From: Gammaproteobacteria bacterium
GTDB lineage: Bacteria; Pseudomonadota; Gammaproteobacteria; Steroidobacterales; Steroidobacteraceae
Assembly (NCBI GenBank): GCA_003165495.1
Contig: PMMB01000273.1
Location: 1 to 50,585, forward strand
Length of the DNA: 50,585 nucleotides
Direction: 5' to 3'
The position numbers were made by a program, and so were the translations under genes. Numbering within the stretch: position 1 is the first letter of the stretch; the number at the start of each line of letters is the position of its first letter. Positions 28,691-38,092 of the stretch are shown here, in pieces. The notes under the pieces were generated by a model. The model was not told where the DNA came from, searched no databases, and saw only the letters and a list, made by a program, of their open reading frames with translations.

Positions 28691-29203
28691 CTACACTGCT
28701 AGGGAGTAGATAACCTGGTGCGTATCATCCGGATCGCATGCCGTGGACATTCCGAGTTCGTGGGCGAGGTCGCGCATCGCGGCATTGTCCGTGAGTTCCA
28801 CTGAGTAGAGTTGCTTCACGCCGTAATCTCTGGCGGACGCGATTAATTGCTTCACGAGTAACTTACCCAAGCCCTTGTGCTGCCATCCGTCGGCAATCGT
28901 CACCGCCATCTCCCGAATATCTGCCTTTGAGTTCGGTGCGTATCGGCCAACGCCAATCTCGGTTTCGCACCCATTCTTCTGCACGGTGGCAACAAATGCC
29001 ATGGAGTGGGGGCCATCAACTTCACAAAAGAGCTTTAGCTGCCCGGGCGACAGTTCCCTCACGCCGCCGAAGAACCGATAGTGCTTAGTCTGAGGCGACA
29101 GCTTACGGACGAAATCCGCCTCCATGGCTGCGTCCGCCACACGAATGGGCCTTATCGTCACCAGTTCACCGGCGAGTGTTAAATTTAGATTCGTTGTGAC
29201 CAT
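28691..29203 (-). CDS. GNAT-family N-acetyltransferase
   Basis: Acetyl-CoA binding motif region WQHKGLGKLLVKQLIASARDYGVKQLY. 170 aa. Confidence 0.8.
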   Translation of the reverse strand: MVTTNLNLTLAGELVTIRPIRVADAAMEADFVRKLSPQTKHYRFFGGVRELSPGQLKLFCEVDGPHSMAFVATVQKNGCETEIGVGRYAPNSKADIREMAVTIADGWQHKGLGKLLVKQLIASARDYGVKQLYSVELTDNAAMRDLAHELGMSTACDPDDTHQVIYSLAV

Positions 29204-29347
29204 GGCGGTGCCTCCGATTGAAAGAAAGGTAGCAGTATGATTACGACATGTTCCAACTGAACACTGTGGATTTCCCTAGCCTCAAGCCGACAAATACGTA
29301 TACAGGTCGCGACGATATTTAATAGTCACCGCGGCGGATAAGAAAAC

Positions 29348-30907
29348 TCAGGCAGCGAGCAACGCTCGGAGCAACGTCAACAACTCCTCTGACTTGATGG
29401 GCTTGCTCGTGATCCGCAGGTAGGGATCGCGCGGCAGTTGCTTAACGACGGCGGAGGTATCGCCTGTCGTAAGGACCGCCTTTAATGAAATACCCAGTAT
29501 CTCGCGCAACGTCGCGATGACTTGAATACCGGTTTCGCCGTCGTTCAGATGATAGTCGCTGATCAGCAGATCGACTTTATGCCCCTGTTGCACGTGTTGT
29601 AACGCTCCCGCCAGCGACGCGACCGGCGTGACATGGTAACCCTCCAACTCGAGCAACAGGCACGTTGCGCGTCGCACCGACTCATTATCTTCCACCAAAA
29701 GAACACGCGCTTCCCCGATCTGCGAGCCATAGACGGACAATCCCACGGACGTGGGCGGCATCGTCACTTCTTGTACGCCGCTCGCTGGGAGGGCGAGCGA
29801 GAACGCCGAGCCTTTGCCCACCTCGGAGCGCACATCAAGTTTGAGCGTGAGGAGCTTCACCAGGCGCTGCACGATAGAAAGGCCCAGGCCATACCCATCG
29901 CGCGAGGCGTTGGTCGGAACGCCTACTTGATAGAACTCATCGTAGATATACGGCAGCTGATCCGCCGGAATACCGACGCCCGTATCGAGCACCTCGATGC
30001 GAACCAGCGGTGCCTCGTGCAGGCAGCGCAAGCGTACCCCGCCTTCACGAGTGTACTTCAGAGCATTCGAGACCAAATTCCTTAAAATCTGCTCAACCAA
30101 CGTTGGATCACTGTGCGCCGCGTCTTCGCATGATTCGATTTCGAGCTTGAGCCCCTTGTTCGCCGCAATACTTGCGAATTCCAGGCGCAGCTCTTCGAAA
30201 ATCGCGGCTACCTTGAAATCAGTCGGCTCGGGTCGGATCGCCCCGGATTCCAGCTTGCTGATGTCGAGCAAGGCGTTGAGCAGTCTCGACATCGCGGCAA
30301 TCGCTTGCTCTGACTGAGAGAGGGCTTCGAGGGCGCCGCGATCAGTCACCCGCCGGCGCATTGCGCCGTTGAGCAATTCGAGGGTTTGCAGCGGCTGACG
30401 CAGATCATGGCTGGCGGTTGCGAGGAAGCGGCTCTTGCCCTGGTTGGCCCGATCAGCGATCTCGCGCGCCTGGTCCGCGAGTTCCCGCGCAGCGTCGGCG
30501 GCCTCGCGCGCTACAATTAGTTCGGCTTCGACACGCTTGTGGTCGCTCACATCGCGAATCGCGGCTGCAACGAGTGTCCGGCCAACGTCGTCGATTGGGC
30601 TTAAACTGATCTCGACGGGAAACTCAGTGCCGTTTTTCCGTCGTCCAAACAAATCAAGTCCCGCCCCCATGGGGCGTACCCGCAGGGTGTTGATATAGTG
30701 CTCGCGGTGTGCAACATGGCGAGTACGAAAACGCTCCGGCATCAGCGTCTCGATATTCTGGCCTATGATCTCGTCATGCAAATAGCCGAACAAAGCCGAG
30801 ACTTGCTGATTGGTAAATCGAATGATACCGGAGGCATCAATGATGAGCATCGCATCCGGGGCGGCATCGAGGGCGCTGCGGGCGAGATCGGGCGGGGTCG
30901 TACGCAC
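29348..30907 (-). CDS. Hybrid sensor histidine kinase (PAS-HisKA-HATPase-REC)
   Basis: PAS domain (DAMLIIDASGIIRFTNQQVSALFGY..LMPERFRTRHVAHREHY..RKNGTEFPVEISLSPI). H-box SHDLRQPL. N/G boxes (LVSNALKYT, DTGVGIP, GYGLGLSIV). C-terminal REC (LLISDYHLNDG). GTG start. Confidence 0.9.
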   Translation of the reverse strand: MRTTPPDLARSALDAAPDAMLIIDASGIIRFTNQQVSALFGYLHDEIIGQNIETLMPERFRTRHVAHREHYINTLRVRPMGAGLDLFGRRKNGTEFPVEISLSPIDDVGRTLVAAAIRDVSDHKRVEAELIVAREAADAARELADQAREIADRANQGKSRFLATASHDLRQPLQTLELLNGAMRRRVTDRGALEALSQSEQAIAAMSRLLNALLDISKLESGAIRPEPTDFKVAAIFEELRLEFASIAANKGLKLEIESCEDAAHSDPTLVEQILRNLVSNALKYTREGGVRLRCLHEAPLVRIEVLDTGVGIPADQLPYIYDEFYQVGVPTNASRDGYGLGLSIVQRLVKLLTLKLDVRSEVGKGSAFSLALPASGVQEVTMPPTSVGLSVYGSQIGEARVLLVEDNESVRRATCLLLELEGYHVTPVASLAGALQHVQQGHKVDLLISDYHLNDGETGIQVIATLREILGISLKAVLTTGDTSAVVKQLPRDPYLRITSKPIKSEELLTLLRALLAA

Positions 30908-31076
30908 TGAACAGATCCCTTGGTTGCTGCTCTTTCCGAGTCGGAAAGAAATGATCCCTATAGGTATTGTTTAACTTTGATCTAATGTTCTTATATTTGC
31001 CTACGTCTCTGCGCGTCTGTATGAATTCGAACACAAGAAGCGCATCTCGCCGAGTAGCACCGTCGGAACTGTCGAC

Positions 31077-31778
31077 TTACCGCCGTTTCGTTGTACCAAA
31101 GAGTCTCTTCAGTTCAGTCCGCATAGTACCGTAGCATTCGCAGGCCGCATCTTGGAGCCCCGATTGGTCCATGATAGTTACGCGACCACGCGTGTACTGA
31201 ATCAAGCCGGCCTTCTGCAGGAAACGCGCGGCAATCGTTACGCCGGAGCGCTGAACGCCGAGCATCATCGCCAGGAATTCATGGGTCAGCGGAAACGACT
31301 TTGCTAGCGCGTTGTCATGGGCGATCAACAACCAGCGACAACAGCGCTCCTCCAGAGTATGCAGCCGGTTGCAGGCGGCAGTCTGCACGAGTTGGCAAAT
31401 GGCGAAACGGGCGCACTTGTGCATCACATCGAGAAGAGTGCTGTCCTTTTCCATCTCGCGCTTCAGTATATCGCGCCGGATCCGCACGGCTATTCCTGGA
31501 ATTTGCACAATGGACCCAACAATTGCCTTGTCGATACTGAAGAGAGCGTTGGGGTCAGTTATGCCTTCAATGCCGACGGCTCCGACCTCGACCGTTCGGC
31601 CGTCTTGCATAGTCTTAACAAATGAAACCAAGCCGCGATTGACGAAATATATATATTCAATTGATCGATCTACTTGATTGATGATCTGACCCCGCACCAT
31701 ATTCACGGGCTCTAAATTAGGTAGGATTCGCTTCAGCGTGGCGTCGGACAGCGAACCAAGGATGCGGTTTTGGTTCAT
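31077..31778 (-). CDS. Crp/Fnr-family transcriptional regulator (paralog 3)
   Basis: Start at MNQNRILGSLSD by alignment with paralog 1. HTH is LTHEFLAMMLGVQRSGVTIAARFLQKAGLIQY, with a C-terminal ACECY motif. Confidence 0.85.
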   Translation of the reverse strand: MNQNRILGSLSDATLKRILPNLEPVNMVRGQIINQVDRSIEYIYFVNRGLVSFVKTMQDGRTVEVGAVGIEGITDPNALFSIDKAIVGSIVQIPGIAVRIRRDILKREMEKDSTLLDVMHKCARFAICQLVQTAACNRLHTLEERCCRWLLIAHDNALAKSFPLTHEFLAMMLGVQRSGVTIAARFLQKAGLIQYTRGRVTIMDQSGLQDAACECYGTMRTELKRLFGTTKRR

Positions 31779-32190
31779 GATGTCACGATTTTCGCCAAAT
31801 CTATTTAACCAGACGAAGTCAGTCTCTGGGCCTGGGCGGTCTCGGCGCTTCTGCAACATATGATATGTTCTCTTGCTTGCATCCCTCCGTCAACGACTTG
31901 TTTGCAGTTGAGCGGTACAAAAGCCAATCGACCGCAGGTTAACGAGACTCTTTCTCGCTACCCTCCAACCACCCCGGTAGCGACCGACCTTCGCGCGGAT
32001 ATCTCACATCGCAGCAGCTTGCAGGCGTTTACGAAAGGGACTGAGGTGAGCATTCGGATCCGGTCGGACGCTGTATTTGGAATCGCGGCAGGATGCGTTG
32101 TGCTAGCAGCTCTCATCTGCATCGCTCAGGGCAGCATGCAAAATCTGAGAGCGCCATAAACACAGGTCTGCCCAAGCATTGCTCGATTGG

Positions 32191-32535
32191 CTACGTCGAC
32201 CAATGCCAACCGTTGTTAACCATGGCTTTGACGCAGTCCTTTGGTAAGTATGTCATCCAATCGGCAATTTTCGCAGTTGCGCGCGCCGTCGCGATGGCGT
32301 TTTGGTTGATACTCCCCGTCGGTGCCGCGCTGGTGTCGACGCCCAATTCTTGTAAAAGCACTGAGAAGTTTCGGAATTGTCCAGTCTCGCGCTTTTGCGA
32401 TTGATCATTCGCGGGAGCGGCGTGCGCCGTACTTTGACTCTTTGCGCCATTGCACTCCAACGGCGCGGACTTGAACAAAGGCTGCAAGTGCAACGCCGTG
32501 ATAAGGTTGTCTTTCCCCCGTGCATTAGTCATCAT
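32191..32535 (-). CDS. Conserved 114-aa hypothetical protein, paralog B (C-terminal WMTYLPKDCVKAMVNNGWHWST)
   Basis: GGAGA RBS 6 nt upstream of the ATG. Paralog of 25925-26269. Confidence 0.7.
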   Translation of the reverse strand: MMTNARGKDNLITALHLQPLFKSAPLECNGAKSQSTAHAAPANDQSQKRETGQFRNFSVLLQELGVDTSAAPTGSINQNAIATARATAKIADWMTYLPKDCVKAMVNNGWHWST

Positions 32536-32606
32536 GGCTGTCTCCAGATATGAAACGGCAACATATCGCGCCGGCGGTCGAACGGCAGCGTGCGTAGTAG
32601 CGACCG

Positions 32607-32765
32607 CTAAATGCGCCCCGTGAGAACCAAAATCAATACGCCAACGAGTACGAGCCGTAGTGTGCCGCTCGGGTAGTACCCCCAGGACCTGCTATGAGGC
32701 CACGTTGGAAAAGCGCCAACCAGCATTAGCAAGAGAATAATCAAGAGTACCGTGCCCAATGACAT
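32607..32765 (-). CDS. DUF3309-family small membrane protein (52 aa)
   Basis: MSLGTVLLIILLLMLVGAFPTWPHSRSWGYYPSGTLRLVLVGVLILVLTGRI. A strong RBS (TAAGGAGA) precedes ATG 32765. The ORF-track version is extended at the N-terminus. Confidence 0.75.
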   Translation of the reverse strand: MSLGTVLLIILLLMLVGAFPTWPHSRSWGYYPSGTLRLVLVGVLILVLTGRI

Positions 32766-33268
32766 TTCGGTCTCCTTAGCGCTTCGAAAATCCCAGTCAA
32801 ACGGATTATCCAGCGCGTCGAAACTTTGATTCGAGTCCAATCGCCTGTCGAGCTAATTATCTACGACGGATCTGCTTCGTCGATAAGTGGATTCACTTAC
32901 CCGCACGGGTATTGGTGCAGTTGCAAGCGAGCAGCAATATCGGCAGCAAATGCATAGACGGTTTCTACCCCCAAACGCGCGCGTTGAAGGCACGCATCGA
33001 CCCTGGCCAATCTGCGGCAAATACATACGGAGTGTCGGACAGCCCAGAGCGCATCGCAGTGCTCGATCGGGCAAAATAAATTCGTCATTAGTAGGACGCA
33101 ACAAATGACCACCACAGGCACGCGTACCCCCGATCGATCGAGTCCTTCGGTCGGCAGTTGGCAGCGGAATTGGCGAGTCTCGCTTCGCAGACGAAGATTG
33201 GCTCCAAGCGTCGAATTCTCCTGCCCGGTGACGGAGCCAGCGTCGTGTCTGAAATCGAGGACACTTAT

Positions 33269-33799
33269 ATGTTGATCAAAGAAATGACTAGGGAAGCGAG
33301 CATTGATCTACTGGCGCGTACACACTTGTGCAGGTTGGCATGCGCCCACGAAGGGCAGCCCTATATCACCCCGATACACTGCGTCTATGACGACAACTAC
33401 CTATATGGTTTCTCGACGTTGGGACAAAAAATTACCTGGATGCGGACGAATCCCCTTGTATGCGCCCTCGCCGAGGAATTGATCAGTCCGCAAGATTGGG
33501 CCTCTGTGATTGTTTTTGGCAAATATGAAGAGTTGCCCGACATGGGGCCGTACGCAATGCATCGGCAACACGCCTATGACCTACTTCAAAGGCGCGCCAT
33601 GTGGTGGGAACCGGGTTATGCGGAGACGGTGCTCCGCGGAAAAGCACGTCCATTGCAATTCCTCTATTTTCGGATTCACATCGAACAAATCAGCGGTCAC
33701 CGCGGCGTCCCGGATTCGATTGCTGAACCAGAGCATTCTGTTGCGCAGCAGAAAAGGCGTGGTTGGATCCACAAAGTGTTCGGACGCCCAGAACAGTAA
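33269..33799 (+). CDS. Pyridoxamine 5'-phosphate oxidase-family (split-barrel flavin-binding) protein
   Basis: MLIKEMTREASIDLLARTHLCRLACAHEGQPYITPIHCVYDDNYLYGFS..ASVIVFGKYEELPD is typical of the COG3467/PNPOx-like family. Confidence 0.75.
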   Translation: MLIKEMTREASIDLLARTHLCRLACAHEGQPYITPIHCVYDDNYLYGFSTLGQKITWMRTNPLVCALAEELISPQDWASVIVFGKYEELPDMGPYAMHRQHAYDLLQRRAMWWEPGYAETVLRGKARPLQFLYFRIHIEQISGHRGVPDSIAEPEHSVAQQKRRGWIHKVFGRPEQ

Positions 33800-33906
33800 A
33801 GCGGCGCATATGCGTTGCTCGGTAGCGGGCGCGCGAATGGCTCCAGGACCCCCTAATTGCGTTAGATTTTCGGTGAGTATCGGGCGAGAACCATTGACGA
33901 GGCGAT

Positions 33907-34482
33907 CTACCAATATCGGACCCGACCGGTGTCGACGTGCACGAAATCGGAACCGGCGTAAAAGCCCACGCCGCCGCGAGACAATGAGCGAGCGTACTCG
34001 CTCAACTTACGCGTCGAATAACCGCTCAGTCGGACATCGATTGCCCTCCCGAGTATGTGTTGACTGTGCTCGGCCACACCGCTGGAATTGTGATGCAGCA
34101 TCGCATTGGTCTGCGGCGAACGGTACCCTGAGATGACTTCGAAGGGTGCGTCATGATCTGCGAGAGACTGCAGGTCAAATAGGATGTCCAACAGAGGAGG
34201 GTCGATCTGATGGCTCTCGCCCGTGCGAAAGTCTCGCAGCAAAAAATTGACGTTGCGCAAACACGCGTCGCTGTAAACGCCGCCAACAAAATACGGAGCC
34301 GTGAGCGTCTCACCTGTGTGCGTGTGCACAAACCGTAAAGTACGCGGCCGATCTGAAGCTGTGGCAAAGACGGGTAAGGCGGTCATGGAGCCTAAAACAC
34401 CGCACAGGGCACCGGCCCCAGCCAAGAACCCGCGTCGACCCAGACGGAGGGCGGCTTCTGGTCGGTCTTTGTGTTTAGACAT
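33907..34482 (-). CDS. mepK: Tat-exported DUF882/peptidase M15A family murein endopeptidase (YcbK/MepK-like)
   Basis: Twin-arginine signal (LGRRGFLAGAGAL). Motifs SGYRSPQTNAML, HSQHILGRAIDV, GGVGFY..FVHVDTG. Confidence 0.8.
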   Translation of the reverse strand: MSKHKDRPEAALRLGRRGFLAGAGALCGVLGSMTALPVFATASDRPRTLRFVHTHTGETLTAPYFVGGVYSDACLRNVNFLLRDFRTGESHQIDPPLLDILFDLQSLADHDAPFEVISGYRSPQTNAMLHHNSSGVAEHSQHILGRAIDVRLSGYSTRKLSEYARSLSRGGVGFYAGSDFVHVDTGRVRYW

Positions 34483-34516
34483 CGTGGCACTCTCCAGCTT
34501 GGGTGACGATCATAGC

Positions 34517-36250
34517 CTAGCGTGCTGCTGCGGCGCTGTTAACTGGTCGAAGGCTCAGCAATGCCTCGAGTTTGCGGTCATGGCCGTAGATATCGTCGAA
34601 GAATTGCACCGGGCCGGCTTCGGTCGCCATGGCCGTTCCATACAAAATCATTACACGAATAGGTTCGCGCAACTCAACTCGCAGGGATTTAGTATCATGC
34701 ATCGCAGCATCGATTTGCGTGCGGTCCCAAGGCGCGCCGGCATTGCGCAAGACATAGGCCGCCAGCGCTGTGGGATCGCTGACACGGATGCAGCCGTGAC
34801 TGAACGCGCGTCGCGACGCCAAGAACAGCTGATGAGCGGGAGTGGAATGCATGTAAACATTGTGCGTGTTGGGAAATAAGAACTTGATCAATCCCAACGC
34901 GTTATCATCGCCCGGTCTCTGACGTAGCCGCAGCTGGCCGGCCGCCAACGCCGCGATTGTCTCCGGCGTAGGTTGCATGACCGCTGCATCATCGCTCTCA
35001 CCTTGAACGATTTCCAAGTGATTCCGTTGCAGATAGTCCGAGTGAGCACGGATCGCCGGCAGCATTTCATGTACGGTGATGCTGCGCGGTATATCCCAGT
35101 ACGGCCTAAAAATCACGTACTTCAAGTCGCCGACGAAAATTGGGGTACGCTTGCTCGGGTAGGTTTGTCCCACGATCACCGGCATTTGTAGAATACTTGC
35201 GACCCGATCGGCAGTCGTGTCGAATGCAAACAACCGGAACTCCGGAATATTGACGATAATCGGTGGAGCGTCGAAGGCGGGCAGCCATCGCCAGCGCTCG
35301 AGCGTCAACTCGATTTGGCGCACGCGCTGGGCCATGGGTGTGGTAAGCGCGGCAAAGGTGCTGGCACCTAGGGTCCCGTCGGCAGTCAGGCCATGCCGAT
35401 CCTGAAAGTGCTTGAGCGCTTCAACCACCGCAGCATCCAGGGTCTGACTCGCATCGGCCACATCGCCGCCAGGCTCCGACAGGTCACCTTCCGCCACTAG
35501 CAATTTGCGCAGGGCCGGCGCCCCCACATAGGCATCTCCCACGTGAAGCGTGCGCTTTCCAAAGCTCGGCACTTGCGTTAACTCGGGATCTGCGGCTAGG
35601 ACGCGATAGTGGAAAAGCGCGGCCTTGAGCAAAGAGTAGTGGTAGAAACGTGGCTCCGTACGGGTGACAGCGTCGCCCACACTAACGGCGGCGGCGAGTG
35701 CCGCAACTGTCGCCGCAATGTCCAGATCGTTACGTGATTCGGTGAGTTCGAAGCCGGCCGCCCGCGGATCGATGCGACCATAATGCAAATGGCTGATAAG
35801 ACGGACGGCAGCTCGGGTGAGCAAAACATCGAATTGGGCGCTGTCTGTATCCGAAGACATACTGCCCAACTGACCGGCAGCGGCGGTGAGGCGATCCGCA
35901 GCATAGTCGCTCGGCGCGAGTCCAAACGCATCAGCGGCGTGCAAGATTTTGACGAGATCACGCGCTTGTTCCGAGATCTGACCATGTGTGCTCCACAGTA
36001 GCGTCGCCCCGACGCGATCATAGACGGAGCGAACCAGCGCCACTTCGCCCCGCACGGCAATGCTAGGCGAAACGTTCGTATTCAGCTCCTGTAACGCAGC
36101 GCCGAGCGGCGCAGACGGTACATCGCCGCCACCCACAGTCGCAGCGTGTAATGGCGGGACGTTGTTAAGCAGGAGTATGGCCAAGCCCATCATCCTAACG
36201 ATGGCTCGCAAACCCCTAAAACGCAGTGCGCAAACCGTCGTGCCGGTCAT
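34517..36250 (-). CDS. ldtD: L,D-transpeptidase, YcbB/LdtD family
   Basis: Peptidoglycan-binding domain (VVEALKHFQDRHGLTADGTLG). YkuD catalytic domain with HSTPAHQLF..SHGCIRVSDP. It sits next to mepK, as in E. coli ycbB-ycbK. Confidence 0.85.
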   Translation of the reverse strand: MTGTTVCALRFRGLRAIVRMMGLAILLLNNVPPLHAATVGGGDVPSAPLGAALQELNTNVSPSIAVRGEVALVRSVYDRVGATLLWSTHGQISEQARDLVKILHAADAFGLAPSDYAADRLTAAAGQLGSMSSDTDSAQFDVLLTRAAVRLISHLHYGRIDPRAAGFELTESRNDLDIAATVAALAAAVSVGDAVTRTEPRFYHYSLLKAALFHYRVLAADPELTQVPSFGKRTLHVGDAYVGAPALRKLLVAEGDLSEPGGDVADASQTLDAAVVEALKHFQDRHGLTADGTLGASTFAALTTPMAQRVRQIELTLERWRWLPAFDAPPIIVNIPEFRLFAFDTTADRVASILQMPVIVGQTYPSKRTPIFVGDLKYVIFRPYWDIPRSITVHEMLPAIRAHSDYLQRNHLEIVQGESDDAAVMQPTPETIAALAAGQLRLRQRPGDDNALGLIKFLFPNTHNVYMHSTPAHQLFLASRRAFSHGCIRVSDPTALAAYVLRNAGAPWDRTQIDAAMHDTKSLRVELREPIRVMILYGTAMATEAGPVQFFDDIYGHDRKLEALLSLRPVNSAAAAR

Positions 36251-36819
36251 GCCACTGGCAACGGTCGTAATTTCTCGAACTCACTACACTGCATTACCGT
36301 GTGACTCCAGATCTGCCTGATCGGCAGGCGATGAACGCGTGCCGTGGGCAGGGCACGCACTGACCTGCTGAATAGCTCATCGAATGTGGCAAGCGCGCCC
36401 TTGCGGGACGATCAACCGCGGAATCTAGTAGTGCCAGATTCATGACCGATCCCACTAGAATTGATTGCGAAGTGTCATCCATAGTAAGCACGTGGCGGGC
36501 GGGTCGATATAAGGGACGAACCCGCCAGATCGTACGGGGCCATGCCGGGCCCAGTGCTTGAGCGCTTCAACCACCGCGGCATGCGGATGAGTGGCAATCT
36601 CGGTCGTCGCTTTAGCATGATCGCTGTCACAGACGTAGACGAGTCGCGGCGTTGGGGTTAGTCCCGCTACCCGTCGGCTGCAGCGCACGCTAGACTGGTC
36701 TCGCCAATAGAGGCGCGAAACCATGCCATAACAGCGCGTCGATGGATGGGCGCGACGACTGTGCGCCGGCGAGATCGGGCGACCGGACAATCGAGATAGC
36801 ACCATCAATCGGGGGACGG

Positions 36820-37755
36820 TCAGAACGGAATGGCTTGTGCATCATCGGAAGGCCTTACGATAAGAATGTCGCATGGCAACGATTCGAGGATGGTTGCCGC
36901 GGTACTCCCGACAATCATCCGGTGCCACCTGCCGTGCGACGACGCACCCATCACCATCACGTCGGTGCGATATTTCGTCACCGTGTCCATCAAGCAATCC
37001 TCGGGTGTGCCCATTTCCACGTGAAGATGTGCTTGGGTCACACCGTGTGCGCTTACCAGGCCCTCGATCTGGTGATATCTGAACGAATTCTCAACTTCTA
37101 CTGCCTCCGAATATTCACGTGTCATGATTTGACCGCCCGCCGCAACGACCGCGGCAAACGCGACCGGAATGAAGGTGTGAATAACATGCAAATCGGCGTT
37201 TAGGGGACCCGCTAGCGACGCGGCACTGGACAAAATATCACGATCCAATGCCGCGGCCCTTTCATTCGTTTGATTGGGGTCGACTGCAGCCATGATGACA
37301 GGTGGCCGCTGCCACGCTTTCTTCTTCGTCAACAACAGAGGCACAGGGCACCCTCGCGTCAAATGCCAATCGGTGTTCCTTAGAAGGGTTCGCTTGGCAA
37401 GCGAGTGATGATGGGTGTCCTTGACAACCAGGTCGGCATTCGAGCCGCGAAGATAGTCCAATAGCGAGTCGTGCAAAGACTTGCCATAGATAGTTCGCAC
37501 AGTGACCTCAGTCTTTAGTGCGCGTATAGGGGCCGCCAAGGCTTCGAGCAGATCCAGAAGTTGAGTGTTTGAAGGTGGCGTTTTGTGAGCGCGCAGAGTG
37601 ACAACGTCGTCATCGACAGCCGATTCAATATCACAGATCAGCAATTCAATTGAGGCACCGAGGCGCTGGGCCAACAATCCGGCTTTGTCGACGGCAGATT
37701 GCGGGGCGCTCGCCGTTGGATCCACGACAACCAAGATGTGGTTGATTCGATTCAT
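36820..37755 (-). CDS. Universal stress protein, tandem USP domains (UspE-like), paralog 1
   Basis: 311 aa with two USP domains. Highly similar to 42446-43381 (VVKDTHHHSLAKRTLLRNTDWHLTRGCPVPLLLTKK). Confidence 0.9.
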   Translation of the reverse strand: MNRINHILVVVDPTASAPQSAVDKAGLLAQRLGASIELLICDIESAVDDDVVTLRAHKTPPSNTQLLDLLEALAAPIRALKTEVTVRTIYGKSLHDSLLDYLRGSNADLVVKDTHHHSLAKRTLLRNTDWHLTRGCPVPLLLTKKKAWQRPPVIMAAVDPNQTNERAAALDRDILSSAASLAGPLNADLHVIHTFIPVAFAAVVAAGGQIMTREYSEAVEVENSFRYHQIEGLVSAHGVTQAHLHVEMGTPEDCLMDTVTKYRTDVMVMGASSHGRWHRMIVGSTAATILESLPCDILIVRPSDDAQAIPF

Positions 37756-38092
37756 ACAGTGTCCTTCGCCGGTAGATTCAATTTAATTGGCGATGACGCA
37801 GCCGTGCCGTATTGTCTTCACCTAGCTCGGGACCCTCAAGCCGTGACCAATGATCTGCCACGCGCGTGTCCACGAGTGTTATCGGACGAATGTAATCATC
37901 GTACAAACCTGCTATTTCGCCCATAAGGGCTTGCGCGTAGTGGGGCTCGGCCACTACGCAGGTTGGGCTAACGAGTTCAACGTCACGTGACGCGAATCCG
38001 CTCTGGGGGAGCAAGCGCGAGAGAAAACGCACCAACGCACGTTACAAAGTTAACCCTAGAGACACGGCACCGAATCTCCGTATCATCGGCCA

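Noticed and set aside
36455-36808. 117-aa ORF downstream of ldtD on the minus strand
   Set aside because: It has no RBS or family signature. Its only recognisable part is the 30-nt repeat of ldtD, reported as a finding. It is treated as non-coding remnant sequence.
37890-37905. Third TGTAC-N6-GTACA-like site (AATGTAATCATCGTACAAA) between two divergent tandem-USP genes
   Set aside because: The right half-site GTACA is present, but the left half only fits with a 5-nt spacer (TGTAA) or is shifted (ATGTA). It is too degenerate to count without a statistical model.
37778-38035. 85-aa ORF (…VVAEPHYAQALMGEIAGLYDDYIRPITLVDTRVADHW…) between two USP genes
   Set aside because: Its composition looks protein-like, so it may be another gene fragment. 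I cannot match it to any family, it has no clear RBS, and it is not listed as a feature.
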